Translations under genes and position numbers: made by a program
Notes under the pieces: generated by a model
What the model was told of the DNA's origin: nothing
The model's input: the letters and a program-made list of their open reading frames with translations, nothing else
The model's database searches: none
In this document: in pieces, positions 24,951 to 34,769 of the stretch
Layout of the letters: the number at the start of each line of letters is the position of its first letter
Numbering within the stretch: the first letter of the stretch is position 1
Virus record (IMG/VR): IMGVR_UViG_3300008117_000025
Location: 1 to 64,000 of that record
Source of the DNA: a virus
Length of the DNA: 64,000 nt
Strand: one strand, 5' to 3'

Positions 24951-25888
24951 ATGAACTTATTTTTATAATATTTTATAATATGAGATAATTCTTCATCAAA
25001 TTTCATTTTAGGTTCCCAACCTAATGCTCTTAATTTAGAATCATCTAAGGCATATCTAACATCTTGTCCTACTCTAGAATATGTAAAATCTAAATGTTTA
25101 GATGGTGTTTCAAACCCATATTCATATATCACTTTACAGACTGTGTCTATATTTGATTGTTCAAACCCACCAGCAATATTGTATATTTCATTTTCTACTT
25201 CTGCTTCAATAATAGTAATAATAGCTTCTGCAGTATCACTAGCATGTAACCAATTTCTAATAGGTGTACCATTATTATGTAAAGGTATTTTTCTACCTAA
25301 TTCTAAATACTTACATGTTTTAGGAATTAATTTTTCAACATATTGACCAATACCATAATTGTTAGTTGGTCTAACAATAATGTAAGGTAATTTATATGTT
25401 CTAGCCCAAGCTAATACTAACATATCAGCTGCTGCTTTAGTTGCTGAGTATGGGTTAGATGGTTTAAGTAGGTCAGTTTCAGTATGAGCACCCTCATCTA
25501 TGTCACCATATACTTCATCAGTACTGAAGTGAAGTAGTATTGGTGTTTTGGAGGTTTCTTGTCTGTAATTTTTAATTAGTTCTAATAGGTTGTGAACACC
25601 ATTAATATTGGAATGAATAAACTCATCACTATTAGCTATTGAATTACCAACATGGGTCTCAGCAGCAGTATTAATTATATAATCACATTCATACAAAAAT
25701 TTCAAATCATTTATATCACAATGTACAAATGAAAAATTTTTATATTGTTTAAATTCATTTAGTAGTGTTTTATTAGCGGCGTACGTCATTTTATCTATAC
25801 CTTTAACATACCACCCTTTTTTTAGACAGATCCTTGTAATATAAGATCCTATAAATCCTAAACACCCTGTTATATATACTATTTTCAT
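24944..25888 (-). CDS. rfbB: dTDP-glucose 4,6-dehydratase-like
   Basis: AAETHV, STDEVYGD, PSNPYSATKAAAD, RPTNNYG, EKLIP, DVRYALD. Confidence 0.88.
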   Translation of the reverse strand: MKIVYITGCLGFIGSYITRICLKKGWYVKGIDKMTYAANKTLLNEFKQYKNFSFVHCDINDLKFLYECDYIINTAAETHVGNSIANSDEFIHSNINGVHNLLELIKNYRQETSKTPILLHFSTDEVYGDIDEGAHTETDLLKPSNPYSATKAAADMLVLAWARTYKLPYIIVRPTNNYGIGQYVEKLIPKTCKYLELGRKIPLHNNGTPIRNWLHASDTAEAIITIIEAEVENEIYNIAGGFEQSNIDTVCKVIYEYGFETPSKHLDFTYSRVGQDVRYALDDSKLRALGWEPKMKFDEELSHIIKYYKNKFIW

Positions 25889-25889
25889 T

Positions 25890-26723
25890 TTAGTTTTTAT
25901 TTATAGAAATCCACTCTTTTGGAAAATAATTTCCATTAATTATATTATTTAAAGAAGGATGATTTAGATAATTATAAGGACAAATAACTCTTTTATCTGG
26001 GTTTTGATTTAGGTAAGCACCCCACCAACTAAAAGTACTATTTGCAATTATATTATGATCACAAAGAGTCATTAGGCACATATCTTTAAATCTATCTAAA
26101 TTTTCAACATAAACACAATTATCTAATTTAAAATTTTCTTTTACCCATTCTATTCCATTTGAAAAGATTAAATACTTTATTTTTTTATTAGGAAAAATAG
26201 ATTGAATAACGTTAATTGCTTCTTTATAATATTCCAAAGATAAATTTAAAGATGAAACTTGTAAATAATCTCCTCTTCTAAAATGAATTGATACTAATAT
26301 TTCATCTTTTTGTTTTATATTAGAAATGTAATTTGAACAGAAATCTTTAATTTCATCTTTAAAAGTAAAAGTTTCTATTATCTTTTTTTGGATTGGATGA
26401 AATATTTCATAAGTATTAAAAATCCCGCTAATATTATAATTTTGATTTGAATCTAAATAAAATAATCGCTCATCTACGGATTGGCTTTCGTCTAAATCAA
26501 TACTATATATGTCAAGATTATTAACATCTGAAATAGGGGATATATTGATTTGGGATTGGAAGGGTTCATTTAATGGGAACCCCCATCTTCTTTCTATATA
26601 TTCCTTAACAAATAGTATATCTAGTCCTGTTTTTTCACTTATAGCTAATAAAGAAGCATATTGTGACATTTGTGAGCCAAAATCACAGGAGATTGATATA
26701 TCTAATTGAGTTATAAATCCCAT
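25890..26723 (-). CDS. Alpha-1,2-fucosyltransferase (GT11)
   Basis: SIHFRRGDY, LIFSN, CDHNIIANSTFSWWGAYL. Confidence 0.9.
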   Translation of the reverse strand: MGFITQLDISISCDFGSQMSQYASLLAISEKTGLDILFVKEYIERRWGFPLNEPFQSQINISPISDVNNLDIYSIDLDESQSVDERLFYLDSNQNYNISGIFNTYEIFHPIQKKIIETFTFKDEIKDFCSNYISNIKQKDEILVSIHFRRGDYLQVSSLNLSLEYYKEAINVIQSIFPNKKIKYLIFSNGIEWVKENFKLDNCVYVENLDRFKDMCLMTLCDHNIIANSTFSWWGAYLNQNPDKRVICPYNYLNHPSLNNIINGNYFPKEWISINKN

Positions 26724-26728
26724 TTTAT

Positions 26729-28069
26729 TTAATGGCTTTTCATAAAAGCATCAACTACCTGCTCAATATAATCTAACTGCTCATCAGTAATTCCGGGATA
26801 TACTCCTAGGAAGAATGTATCTAGAGTAGTTTTAGTTGCTATTGGGAATTGAGTTCTTGGATTTTCATATTCCTTAGCTAGTTTTTCATGGGCAGGATGG
26901 AAAAGAGCATTGCCTGTAAAATAAGACCTAGTTTGGATTTTTGCTCCTTCCATATGATTGACCATTTCAGATTTAGTAAAAGGAGTATTATCTTTTAATG
27001 TTACTAGATAACCAAACCAAGAAACATCTGCTTTATCATTCCATGTAGGCATGTAAAAATATTCAGAATATTTAGAAAATATATTATATAAGCGATTAAA
27101 ATTATATTTTCTTCGAGCATGCATTTCATCAAGCTTATCTAATTGAGCAAGACCCATTGCTGCTTGCATTTCAGTTGGTTTTAGATTATATCCAATTTCT
27201 TCAAACACATACCTATGATCAAAAATAATATCATCCTGTTCTTTAAACCAAGCACCAAATCTACAACCGCATGCTGTACCTTCTGTTACATTTCCTGGTT
27301 TAGCCGAATTACAATAACATGCTCTACCCCAATCTCTGAGTGAGGCTAGAGCCATTCTCTTTTTAGCTGAATTAACAGCTACAAACCCACCTTCACCCAT
27401 TGTCATATGATGTGCTGGGAAGAAGGAGCAAGTTGAGATATCCCCAAAGGTTCCTAGGGGTTTTCCGTCCCAGGTACTACCTAAGGCGTCGCAAGTATCT
27501 TCTAAATAAATCAAATCGTATTTCTTTACTATATCCATAAGTCTATCCATATCAGGAGGATTACCTAATACGTGTGCAAAGATTATACCTTTAATTTCTT
27601 TATTAACATCTTTTTCAAGTAAATCTTCAACTTGATCCAGATTAAGGTTTAAATTAGGAAGTTCAACATCAACAAAAACAGGAACAAATCCACTTTGAAT
27701 CAAGGGATTGATTGTTGTGGGAAAACATACTACAGGAGTAATAAATTTAGAACCTTTAGGTAATTCACCACCACGTTTAGTTGTTAAAAGAGATACCATA
27801 AGCAAATTAGCAGAACTACCTGAATTTACTACAATACCGTCTTTCTTACCAAGTAGCGGTGCAAATTTTAGCTCAAATTCTCTTCCTTTTTCTCCCAAAA
27901 TAAACCACTCATCTAATAAAGAGTTAACACCTGCTACAAACTCCTTATCATCATAGAATGGACCTGAATATTGCACCCAGTCTTTACCGGCTTCCCATTT
28001 TTTATTTTTCTTTTTTTCTTTTACATAAGCACTGATGGCATCTAATATAGCCTGTTTTGCTGTATTCAT
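26729..28069 (-). CDS. rfbH: NDP-4-keto-6-deoxyglucose 3-dehydrase (E1/RfbH/DdhC)
   Basis: NSGSSANL, SFFPAHHMTMGEGG (His at the PLP-Lys position), DWGRACYC...C Fe-S segment, GYNLKPT. Confidence 0.88.
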   Translation of the reverse strand: MNTAKQAILDAISAYVKEKKKNKKWEAGKDWVQYSGPFYDDKEFVAGVNSLLDEWFILGEKGREFELKFAPLLGKKDGIVVNSGSSANLLMVSLLTTKRGGELPKGSKFITPVVCFPTTINPLIQSGFVPVFVDVELPNLNLNLDQVEDLLEKDVNKEIKGIIFAHVLGNPPDMDRLMDIVKKYDLIYLEDTCDALGSTWDGKPLGTFGDISTCSFFPAHHMTMGEGGFVAVNSAKKRMALASLRDWGRACYCNSAKPGNVTEGTACGCRFGAWFKEQDDIIFDHRYVFEEIGYNLKPTEMQAAMGLAQLDKLDEMHARRKYNFNRLYNIFSKYSEYFYMPTWNDKADVSWFGYLVTLKDNTPFTKSEMVNHMEGAKIQTRSYFTGNALFHPAHEKLAKEYENPRTQFPIATKTTLDTFFLGVYPGITDEQLDYIEQVVDAFMKSH

Positions 28070-28070
28070 C

Positions 28071-28883
28071 TTATACTAATTTATTAAGTTTAAATATTTC
28101 TAAAATCTTATCTACTATATTTTGTTCATAATTAACATATTGTAATGCTAGTTTGTAATTTTCCTCAATAATGTCCTTTTTAGATTCATAATACTGAGGT
28201 GTTAATTTATTTGAAAGGTAAATAAAATCATCTGGATTTTCAAATTTAATTACACCTTTTTCATTAAAAAAATTATCTATATTTGAACATCCCCAATATA
28301 TTGGGATTGTTTTTAGTAGGAAACAATCTAATATTTTTTCACTAAACCACCCTCTATGTGAAAAGTTCTCAATAGCTACACCAAACATAGAATCACTAAA
28401 TATTTCTTCCTTATCAATTCGAGCTTTTTCAATATTACTTCTGTCTCCGTATGTGTGGAAGAATTTAGTAGGAACTTTAATTTCATTTTTTCTAGCTAAT
28501 ATCTCATGCCTCATTTGATGACCATATGATTTTAATAAAGTACCACACAAATGGGCAATTTTAAATTCTTTAGAATGGTTTACTTCATATTGGTGCGGCT
28601 TAAACCAGGTATGACCAAAAGGTAAAAATATTGCATTCTCGCAGCTATTTAATATTTTATCATCCCAGGTTATTATAATATTAAATAAATCTTTATTTTG
28701 AATAACCCAATCGTGTTTACCAAAATATTCATTAGGTTCATATAATGTTATAATATTAATGGGGGATAATTCCTCTTGGGACTGAGGTATACATTCAACG
28801 AATAAGGAAAAATCAAGATCTTTAAGATGATCTAGTTTTTCTTCAAATATTTTTTTATCTAAAAAATCAATTTTTAGTTTCAC
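28071..28883 (-). CDS. GT10-like (alpha-1,3/4-fucosyltransferase-like) protein
   Basis: FGVAIEN, FSEKILDCF, TIPIYWG. Confidence 0.75.
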   Translation of the reverse strand: MKLKIDFLDKKIFEEKLDHLKDLDFSLFVECIPQSQEELSPINIITLYEPNEYFGKHDWVIQNKDLFNIIITWDDKILNSCENAIFLPFGHTWFKPHQYEVNHSKEFKIAHLCGTLLKSYGHQMRHEILARKNEIKVPTKFFHTYGDRSNIEKARIDKEEIFSDSMFGVAIENFSHRGWFSEKILDCFLLKTIPIYWGCSNIDNFFNEKGVIKFENPDDFIYLSNKLTPQYYESKKDIIEENYKLALQYVNYEQNIVDKILEIFKLNKLV

Positions 28884-29850
28884 TATTATAATAATTTAAC
28901 CAGTATTCAATCATTTCATCTAACATTGTTTCAAAAGTATATTTTGGAGACCATCCTAGTGCTCTTAATTTAGATGAATCCCCTTTTAACACATCTAATT
29001 CCTCAGGCCTAAAATATTTTTCATCTTTAACTACATATTCTTTCCAATCTAAACCCAATGATAAAAATACATAATCACATAATTCTTTAACAGTATGAGA
29101 AACTCCAGTAGCACAAACAAAATCATCTGGGTTTGGTTGTTGTAGGATCAACCACATTGCTTCTACATAATCCTTTGCATGTCCCCAATCTCTAGAAGCA
29201 TCTAGATTACCTAATTTAAGCTCATTAGATAATTTTAATTTAATTTTAACTGCTTCTTTTACTACTTTGTTAGTAACAAAATTAGTACCACGTCTTGAAG
29301 ATTCATGATTAAATAAAATACCATTTGAAATAAACATATTATAAGAATTTCTATAATTTCTACAAATGTTATATCCAAACACTTTAGCACACCCATAAGG
29401 AGAAACAGGATGCATTGGAGTAGTTTCTCTTTGAAAACCATCATCATCAATACAATTACCAAACATTTCAGAAGAAGAAGCTTGATATATTTTAGCATCA
29501 GGTTTAATAAGCCTAACAGCTTCAAGTAAATTTAATACTCCTATTCCTGTAGTGTTAGCAGTATAAATTGGTTGATCAAATGAAATTCTAACATGAGATT
29601 GAGCTCCTAAATTATAGATTTCATCTGGTTGGATTACTTGGATTGCTTTAATAAGGGAGGATAGATCTGTTAAGTCAGCATATATTAATTTGACTTGATC
29701 AAATATACTATCTAAACGAGCAGTTTGGTTTTCAGATACAGAATTGCGCTTTAAAATACCATATACTTCATATCCTTTACTTAGCAAAAATTCAGCTAAA
29801 TAACTACCATCCTGTCCATTTATACCTGTTATAAGTGCTTTAGAAATCAT
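28867..29850 (-). CDS. gmd: GDP-mannose 4,6-dehydratase
   Basis: ALITGINGQDGSYLAE, YNLGAQSHV, QASSSEMFG, NHESSRRG, RDWGHAKDY. Confidence 0.97.
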   Translation of the reverse strand: MISKALITGINGQDGSYLAEFLLSKGYEVYGILKRNSVSENQTARLDSIFDQVKLIYADLTDLSSLIKAIQVIQPDEIYNLGAQSHVRISFDQPIYTANTTGIGVLNLLEAVRLIKPDAKIYQASSSEMFGNCIDDDGFQRETTPMHPVSPYGCAKVFGYNICRNYRNSYNMFISNGILFNHESSRRGTNFVTNKVVKEAVKIKLKLSNELKLGNLDASRDWGHAKDYVEAMWLILQQPNPDDFVCATGVSHTVKELCDYVFLSLGLDWKEYVVKDEKYFRPEELDVLKGDSSKLRALGWSPKYTFETMLDEMIEYWLNYYNSETKN

Positions 29851-30764
29851 AATACATTGTTTTCAAGTATATAATCGTATGTTTGCTTTATCCCACTATA
29901 TAAATTTCTAGAATTAAAAGATGGTATTTTTAATTTTAATAAATCAGTTGATACATCTTTTCTATATTGTCCATTTGGTTTAGTAGTATCAAATTCAATA
30001 TTTAAATAACTAGCATTACATGCTTCAAGAGCAATTTCAGCCATTTGTTTAATTGTTAAATTCTCAGAAATAGCTACATTCATGTTATCATAAATCTCAT
30101 TTTCTAAACAATAATTGATAACATACGCTAAATCATCAGAATGCATAAATTGTCTTAATGGAGATCCATCCCCAAACAATATTATTTTGGAATCATTATT
30201 AACTTTGGCTTTATGTATCTTTTTAATTAAAGCCGCTATAAAATGACTATTATCTCCATATTTATCAAATTCACCATATAAATTACAAGGAATTAAATAT
30301 TGATACTTAGTCCCATATTGATTATTATAAGCATCAATTTGAACAGCTAATGAGCGTTTAGCATAACCATAGGAGAAATTAGTTAATGCTGGAGGGCCAA
30401 TATGTAAATCATTTTCTATCATAGGATAACTAGAGACTACATCGGGGTAAGCGCATGTGCTTAGTATTCCTATAAATCTTTTTACTCCGCTTAGATAGGA
30501 ATATTTTACTAATTGTGTATTCATTAATACATTATCATCAAAATATTCAGCAGGTTTTGCAATATTATCTATTATACCTCCTACTTTAGCAGCTAGGTGT
30601 ATAATAGCATCTGGGGATTCCTTGATGAGCATTTGTTGGATTCCCTCTCTTGTTGTTAGATTATAGTCTTTGGAGGAAATATAAGTAGCATGAGGTAGAT
30701 ATTTTTGTAATGATCTACCTACCATTCCTGTTCCCCCAGTAATTAAAGTTTTATAATTGCTCAT
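29847..30764 (-). CDS. fcl: GDP-L-fucose synthase
   Basis: TGGTGMVG, HLAAKVGGI, STCAYP, YGYAKR, PCNLYG, RQFMHSDD, KPNGQ. Confidence 0.93.
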   Translation of the reverse strand: MSNYKTLITGGTGMVGRSLQKYLPHATYISSKDYNLTTREGIQQMLIKESPDAIIHLAAKVGGIIDNIAKPAEYFDDNVLMNTQLVKYSYLSGVKRFIGILSTCAYPDVVSSYPMIENDLHIGPPALTNFSYGYAKRSLAVQIDAYNNQYGTKYQYLIPCNLYGEFDKYGDNSHFIAALIKKIHKAKVNNDSKIILFGDGSPLRQFMHSDDLAYVINYCLENEIYDNMNVAISENLTIKQMAEIALEACNASYLNIEFDTTKPNGQYRKDVSTDLLKLKIPSFNSRNLYSGIKQTYDYILENNVL

Positions 30765-31371
30765 AAAAAGCATTTTGTTTTTCTTGTCTTTTAATATCTT
30801 TTGGATGAAATAAACAGTATTCTTCTAGTTCAGGTAAAGGAGAAAATTCTTTAAATCCATCTAATCTCTCATGTACTTTATTTATCCATTTTATATTAGG
30901 AATGTTTTTCCAAATTCTCCATTGATAGTCAGGAAAGTTAACCCAACCTTTATCATTAACATTCCATCTCCATTTTTGTATATGCTGATCAGTTAAGTCC
31001 GAAACAGTATTTATCCTTGGGACAAGCATAACTTCAACACTGGGGTTATAAGCGAGTATTTTTGGTAAGCTCTCAATAAACCAAGGATGAATATATTCAT
31101 CTGCATCTATTTGGAAAATATAATCTTTTAAGCATTCTTTAGCAAGATTATTTTTAAATGAGGCAAAATCATTATTAAGAGGAAATTCAATTACTCTAAG
31201 ATTTGCTCTTCCAAAGTCAAAGCATGTAGATCTAACTTCTACTGTTGCTGTTTTATCTAGTTGAATAACTATTTCATCTTCAGGTCTTATAGATTCAGTT
31301 AGTATTTCTAATAGTCTATCTAATTCAACATGCTCATTACAAGCAGTAATAGCGTAACTAATTGTGGACAT
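30751..31371 (-). CDS. Glycosyltransferase family 2
   Basis: ISYAITACNE, FQIDADE, VHE; start moved to MSTISY. Confidence 0.85.
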   Translation of the reverse strand: MSTISYAITACNEHVELDRLLEILTESIRPEDEIVIQLDKTATVEVRSTCFDFGRANLRVIEFPLNNDFASFKNNLAKECLKDYIFQIDADEYIHPWFIESLPKILAYNPSVEVMLVPRINTVSDLTDQHIQKWRWNVNDKGWVNFPDYQWRIWKNIPNIKWINKVHERLDGFKEFSPLPELEEYCLFHPKDIKRQEKQNAFYEQL

Positions 31372-31375
31372 AACA

Positions 31376-31771
31376 TTATTTTTTCTTTTCAAAGAAACCT
31401 ATATAATCAAGAGCTTCCATAAAATCTTTTTCCTCAAAATGTTTTACTGTTATCATATCTGCTTTTCCATCCTTAGATTGTACTGCAGCCCACTTCCATT
31501 CATCTTTATTTTTGCCGTCAGCAAATATCATTGATTTATCTTCTAGAATTACAGTACTTGGATACCAATGTAACCCATTTTCATCTTTAAATTTAAGATC
31601 TTTATAAAGTTGGGGCATTACTGATTCTGTTACTTCTAATTTATCTTCTGTTAGAGTTGAATTAGATGTGAATCCACACCCAAAACAACTCCAAATAGTT
31701 AATACATCATTAAATACTTCATGACAAGCATTACCTCCACATCTAGGACAATCTATAAGTTGTTCTTTCAT
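31376..31771 (-). CDS. Zn-ribbon hypothetical protein
   Basis: CPRCGG and CFGCG motifs. Confidence 0.75.
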   Translation of the reverse strand: MKEQLIDCPRCGGNACHEVFNDVLTIWSCFGCGFTSNSTLTEDKLEVTESVMPQLYKDLKFKDENGLHWYPSTVILEDKSMIFADGKNKDEWKWAAVQSKDGKADMITVKHFEEKDFMEALDYIGFFEKKK

Positions 31772-33069
31772 TAGTCTACCTTTTTAAGTTTAGGTAATTC
31801 AATTTTCTTCAATTGAGGAAGTTTAAGTTGTACTGGCTTAGGTACTTGTTCATTTAGTATAGAGATTAATCTTTCAGACATTTTTTCTAAACTAAATTCG
31901 GTACGTGAACGGTAAGCTTGTCTTTTTGCTCCATCAACATACTTTTTATAATTTTTATAAATATCTTCAAACACATCAGATGCTTTTTTATAATCAACAG
32001 TAAACCATTTACTTTCAGTTGTAATCATATTAGCTACAGCGGCGGATGGATGAACATTTGTTAGTTCTCCAGGGAGCATAATTGACATTTCTGGATCGAG
32101 AAAATCTGTATGTCCACTCCAGTTGCTGGCTATTACTGGTTTTTGGGAAAGTGATGCTTCAAGAAGTGGTCGACCGTATCCTTCACCTTTAGTGAATGTA
32201 GTAAATGCTTTTACTTTGGGGTGGTTATATAATTCATTTATTTGTTCGTCTTCTAACTCACCATGAAGTAAATAAACATTAGGTAAATCACCTCCTACAC
32301 TTTCTTGAATGCGTCTAATCTTATCAAGCATTTCTTCTCTATCCATAACTGAATAAGTAGCACTACTTGTTTTTAGGATTAGACCTGGTTTTTGTTTTTT
32401 GTCTTTGAATGTTTCAAGGAAAGTTTTAATTAGCATTCCTGTATCTTTTCTGTCTTGTCCTAATTCTCCTTGTAACCAATGTCCAACATAAAGAAAATTA
32501 AATTCTTCACTTACTAAATCATTAATTACATCATTAATTTCACCTTCAACATTATCTAGTTTTTTATATATTTCAGTATTTACACCTTCAAATAATACTT
32601 CAACAGGAGAAGTTAATTCTACTCTTCTTACTACTTGATGTGATTGATTGTCTTTTTCTTCAAATTTACTATTTTCAAATGTTTGTTTAGTAAAATTAGA
32701 AGATACTAGATTTAAATTCATTCTATTTAAACCATCAATCCAACTAGGATCACAGAGTGTAGTTTCAATACCCGCGGTAATACCAATATTAAATTTACCT
32801 ACTGGTTGGAATTCATTTGGTACTGTAATTTGGATCCAGCAATCTGGTTGTTTTGGGAGTTGAGGAGTTTGTAAAATACAATCTTTAAGTAACTTATGAT
32901 CGGGATTATTATTATCTAAAAATCCCCATGATGTATTACCCCAACGTTGAGCAAGTATTTTTACATCAAATTTACCTGATTTTATAATTGGTAGTACTAT
33001 GTCTCTAGATCGCCCACCATATCCAGAAAAGGTATCAATTGGGCAGCTTATAACTATTAGTGGTTTCAT
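31771..33069 (-). CDS. GT-B fold glycosyltransferase (GT4-like)
   Basis: SGYG, EGYGRPLLEA, SGHTDFL. Confidence 0.85.
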   Translation of the reverse strand: MKPLIVISCPIDTFSGYGGRSRDIVLPIIKSGKFDVKILAQRWGNTSWGFLDNNNPDHKLLKDCILQTPQLPKQPDCWIQITVPNEFQPVGKFNIGITAGIETTLCDPSWIDGLNRMNLNLVSSNFTKQTFENSKFEEKDNQSHQVVRRVELTSPVEVLFEGVNTEIYKKLDNVEGEINDVINDLVSEEFNFLYVGHWLQGELGQDRKDTGMLIKTFLETFKDKKQKPGLILKTSSATYSVMDREEMLDKIRRIQESVGGDLPNVYLLHGELEDEQINELYNHPKVKAFTTFTKGEGYGRPLLEASLSQKPVIASNWSGHTDFLDPEMSIMLPGELTNVHPSAAVANMITTESKWFTVDYKKASDVFEDIYKNYKKYVDGAKRQAYRSRTEFSLEKMSERLISILNEQVPKPVQLKLPQLKKIELPKLKKVD

Positions 33070-33070
33070 A

Positions 33071-34531
33071 TTATTGTGCGATAACGTGTTTTACAAAATG
33101 TTTAGGTTCTTTTAATGCTTCTACTTTAATTAATTCAAAAGCATATCTTGGTTCCCATTTATTAAAGGTTTCATCAATTGATTCAACTACATTCTTACAC
33201 ATATTTTTTGCTGATTGCATTGATTCATCTGATGTAACCCACTCTCGAGCAGCCTCACATTGCTCTTTATATAATTCGGGATTATTTATTTTTGAATTAT
33301 ATACAGCTTCAATTTGTTTGGCAATATCGTGTGGATCCATTCTATCATCAAATATATAAGGCGTAGGAACTGAACCTATTAAGCTAATATTACTTGGAAA
33401 TACTGGGTAAGCCCATCTGCCGTGTTTTTTATATTTACCCCTATGATTGGAACCAAATTCTTCTGTAAATTTAACCCATTCTCCATTTTCATCTTCAAAA
33501 CGCATTTGATCTTGCATACCACCAGTTACACCAGCAATAATAGGTTTACCACACATCATTCCTTCAGTAAGTGATAATCCCCATCCTTCATTTGAACTTA
33601 TTAAAGCAACAACATCAGCTGAGTTGTAAAGTAAATTCATTATGTTAGTTGGGTATCTTCCATTTGAAAATGTAACATTGTATTTAGGATTATTACCATA
33701 TAACATTTGATGTACTGCAGGAAGATCAGTTCCATTTTCATCTACTGGTTGGGTATGAAGTGTAAAGATACATTCTTTAGCTTTATCTTCTGGGAGGGAA
33801 TCAATGAATATCTTCCAGGCAAGCATCAAATCAGGAACTGATTTACGGCGAATGTTTCTTGCATTATATAAAAGATTAAATTTATATTCTTTTCCTCCAA
33901 ATAATTTATCTTTAAATTCTTTAAGTGCAAGATATTCAGGATGGGAAGAATCAATAGGGAAGAAATGATTTTCATTAATTCCATGAGGAACATACTTAAT
34001 TACTTTTTCAGCTGCTAATTCAGGACCAAGAACACATCTATTAATGTTTTCCGTTTGTTTTGAAATAGCCATTAAACAATCGCATGATTCATAATATGAT
34101 TTATTATACATTGGATAAGGCAAATCATCCCAAATATTTAAATAAATCAAAGGAATTTTCTTTCTAATTTCCTGTTCCATCTGAAATAACCAAACCCAAT
34201 ATCTTGGATCTGTAAAGATCATAATTGCATCTGGGTTTTCAAGATCCATTAATTGGCGAATTAGTTCTGGGCTGCCATAGCCATCGATTGGGTAGAGATA
34301 AACACTAGCATCTTCAATACCTGCTATATTGTTAGTATCACCATTAAGATCAAATCGTTTCCCTTTTTCAGGATGGTTAATAGCACCCCCTACATTTACC
34401 CAATTATAATGATGAGCTGTACCTAAAACTATTTCGCGTGCCATAGTAGAGATACCACTTGTCATTCTAATATCATCACAAAGCAACATTATTTTTTTTC
34501 GCTGTGCTTGCGGAATATAACCTTCTTTCAT
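33071..34531 (-). CDS. GT-B fold glycosyltransferase (GT4-like)
   Basis: RNIRRK, EGWGLSLTEGMMCGKPII. Confidence 0.88.
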   Translation of the reverse strand: MKEGYIPQAQRKKIMLLCDDIRMTSGISTMAREIVLGTAHHYNWVNVGGAINHPEKGKRFDLNGDTNNIAGIEDASVYLYPIDGYGSPELIRQLMDLENPDAIMIFTDPRYWVWLFQMEQEIRKKIPLIYLNIWDDLPYPMYNKSYYESCDCLMAISKQTENINRCVLGPELAAEKVIKYVPHGINENHFFPIDSSHPEYLALKEFKDKLFGGKEYKFNLLYNARNIRRKSVPDLMLAWKIFIDSLPEDKAKECIFTLHTQPVDENGTDLPAVHQMLYGNNPKYNVTFSNGRYPTNIMNLLYNSADVVALISSNEGWGLSLTEGMMCGKPIIAGVTGGMQDQMRFEDENGEWVKFTEEFGSNHRGKYKKHGRWAYPVFPSNISLIGSVPTPYIFDDRMDPHDIAKQIEAVYNSKINNPELYKEQCEAAREWVTSDESMQSAKNMCKNVVESIDETFNKWEPRYAFELIKVEALKEPKHFVKHVIAQ

Positions 34532-34541
34532 ATAACTAATT

Positions 34542-34736
34542 TTAAATACTACCTGTAAATTGTGTGTCTAATTGATTGTGAATATTTTTTCTGAAGTCTT
34601 CATTTGTTAGGTAAAGATACATTGCTCTTTCTGTTAATTTTTGAACGCTGAACTTATACTTAACACAAGCAATTTTGAATTGCTCAAATAAATCTTCAGG
34701 AACTTTCACGCTTGTTAATTGCATTTTGTTTCCCAT
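34542..34736 (-). CDS. Small ribbon-helix-helix-like DNA-binding protein
   Basis: Alternating strand LTSVKV followed by two helices. Confidence 0.5.
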   Translation of the reverse strand: MGNKMQLTSVKVPEDLFEQFKIACVKYKFSVQKLTERAMYLYLTNEDFRKNIHNQLDTQFTGSI

Positions 34737-34769
34737 AATATTATATTTTGATATAAATATATACGCTTA

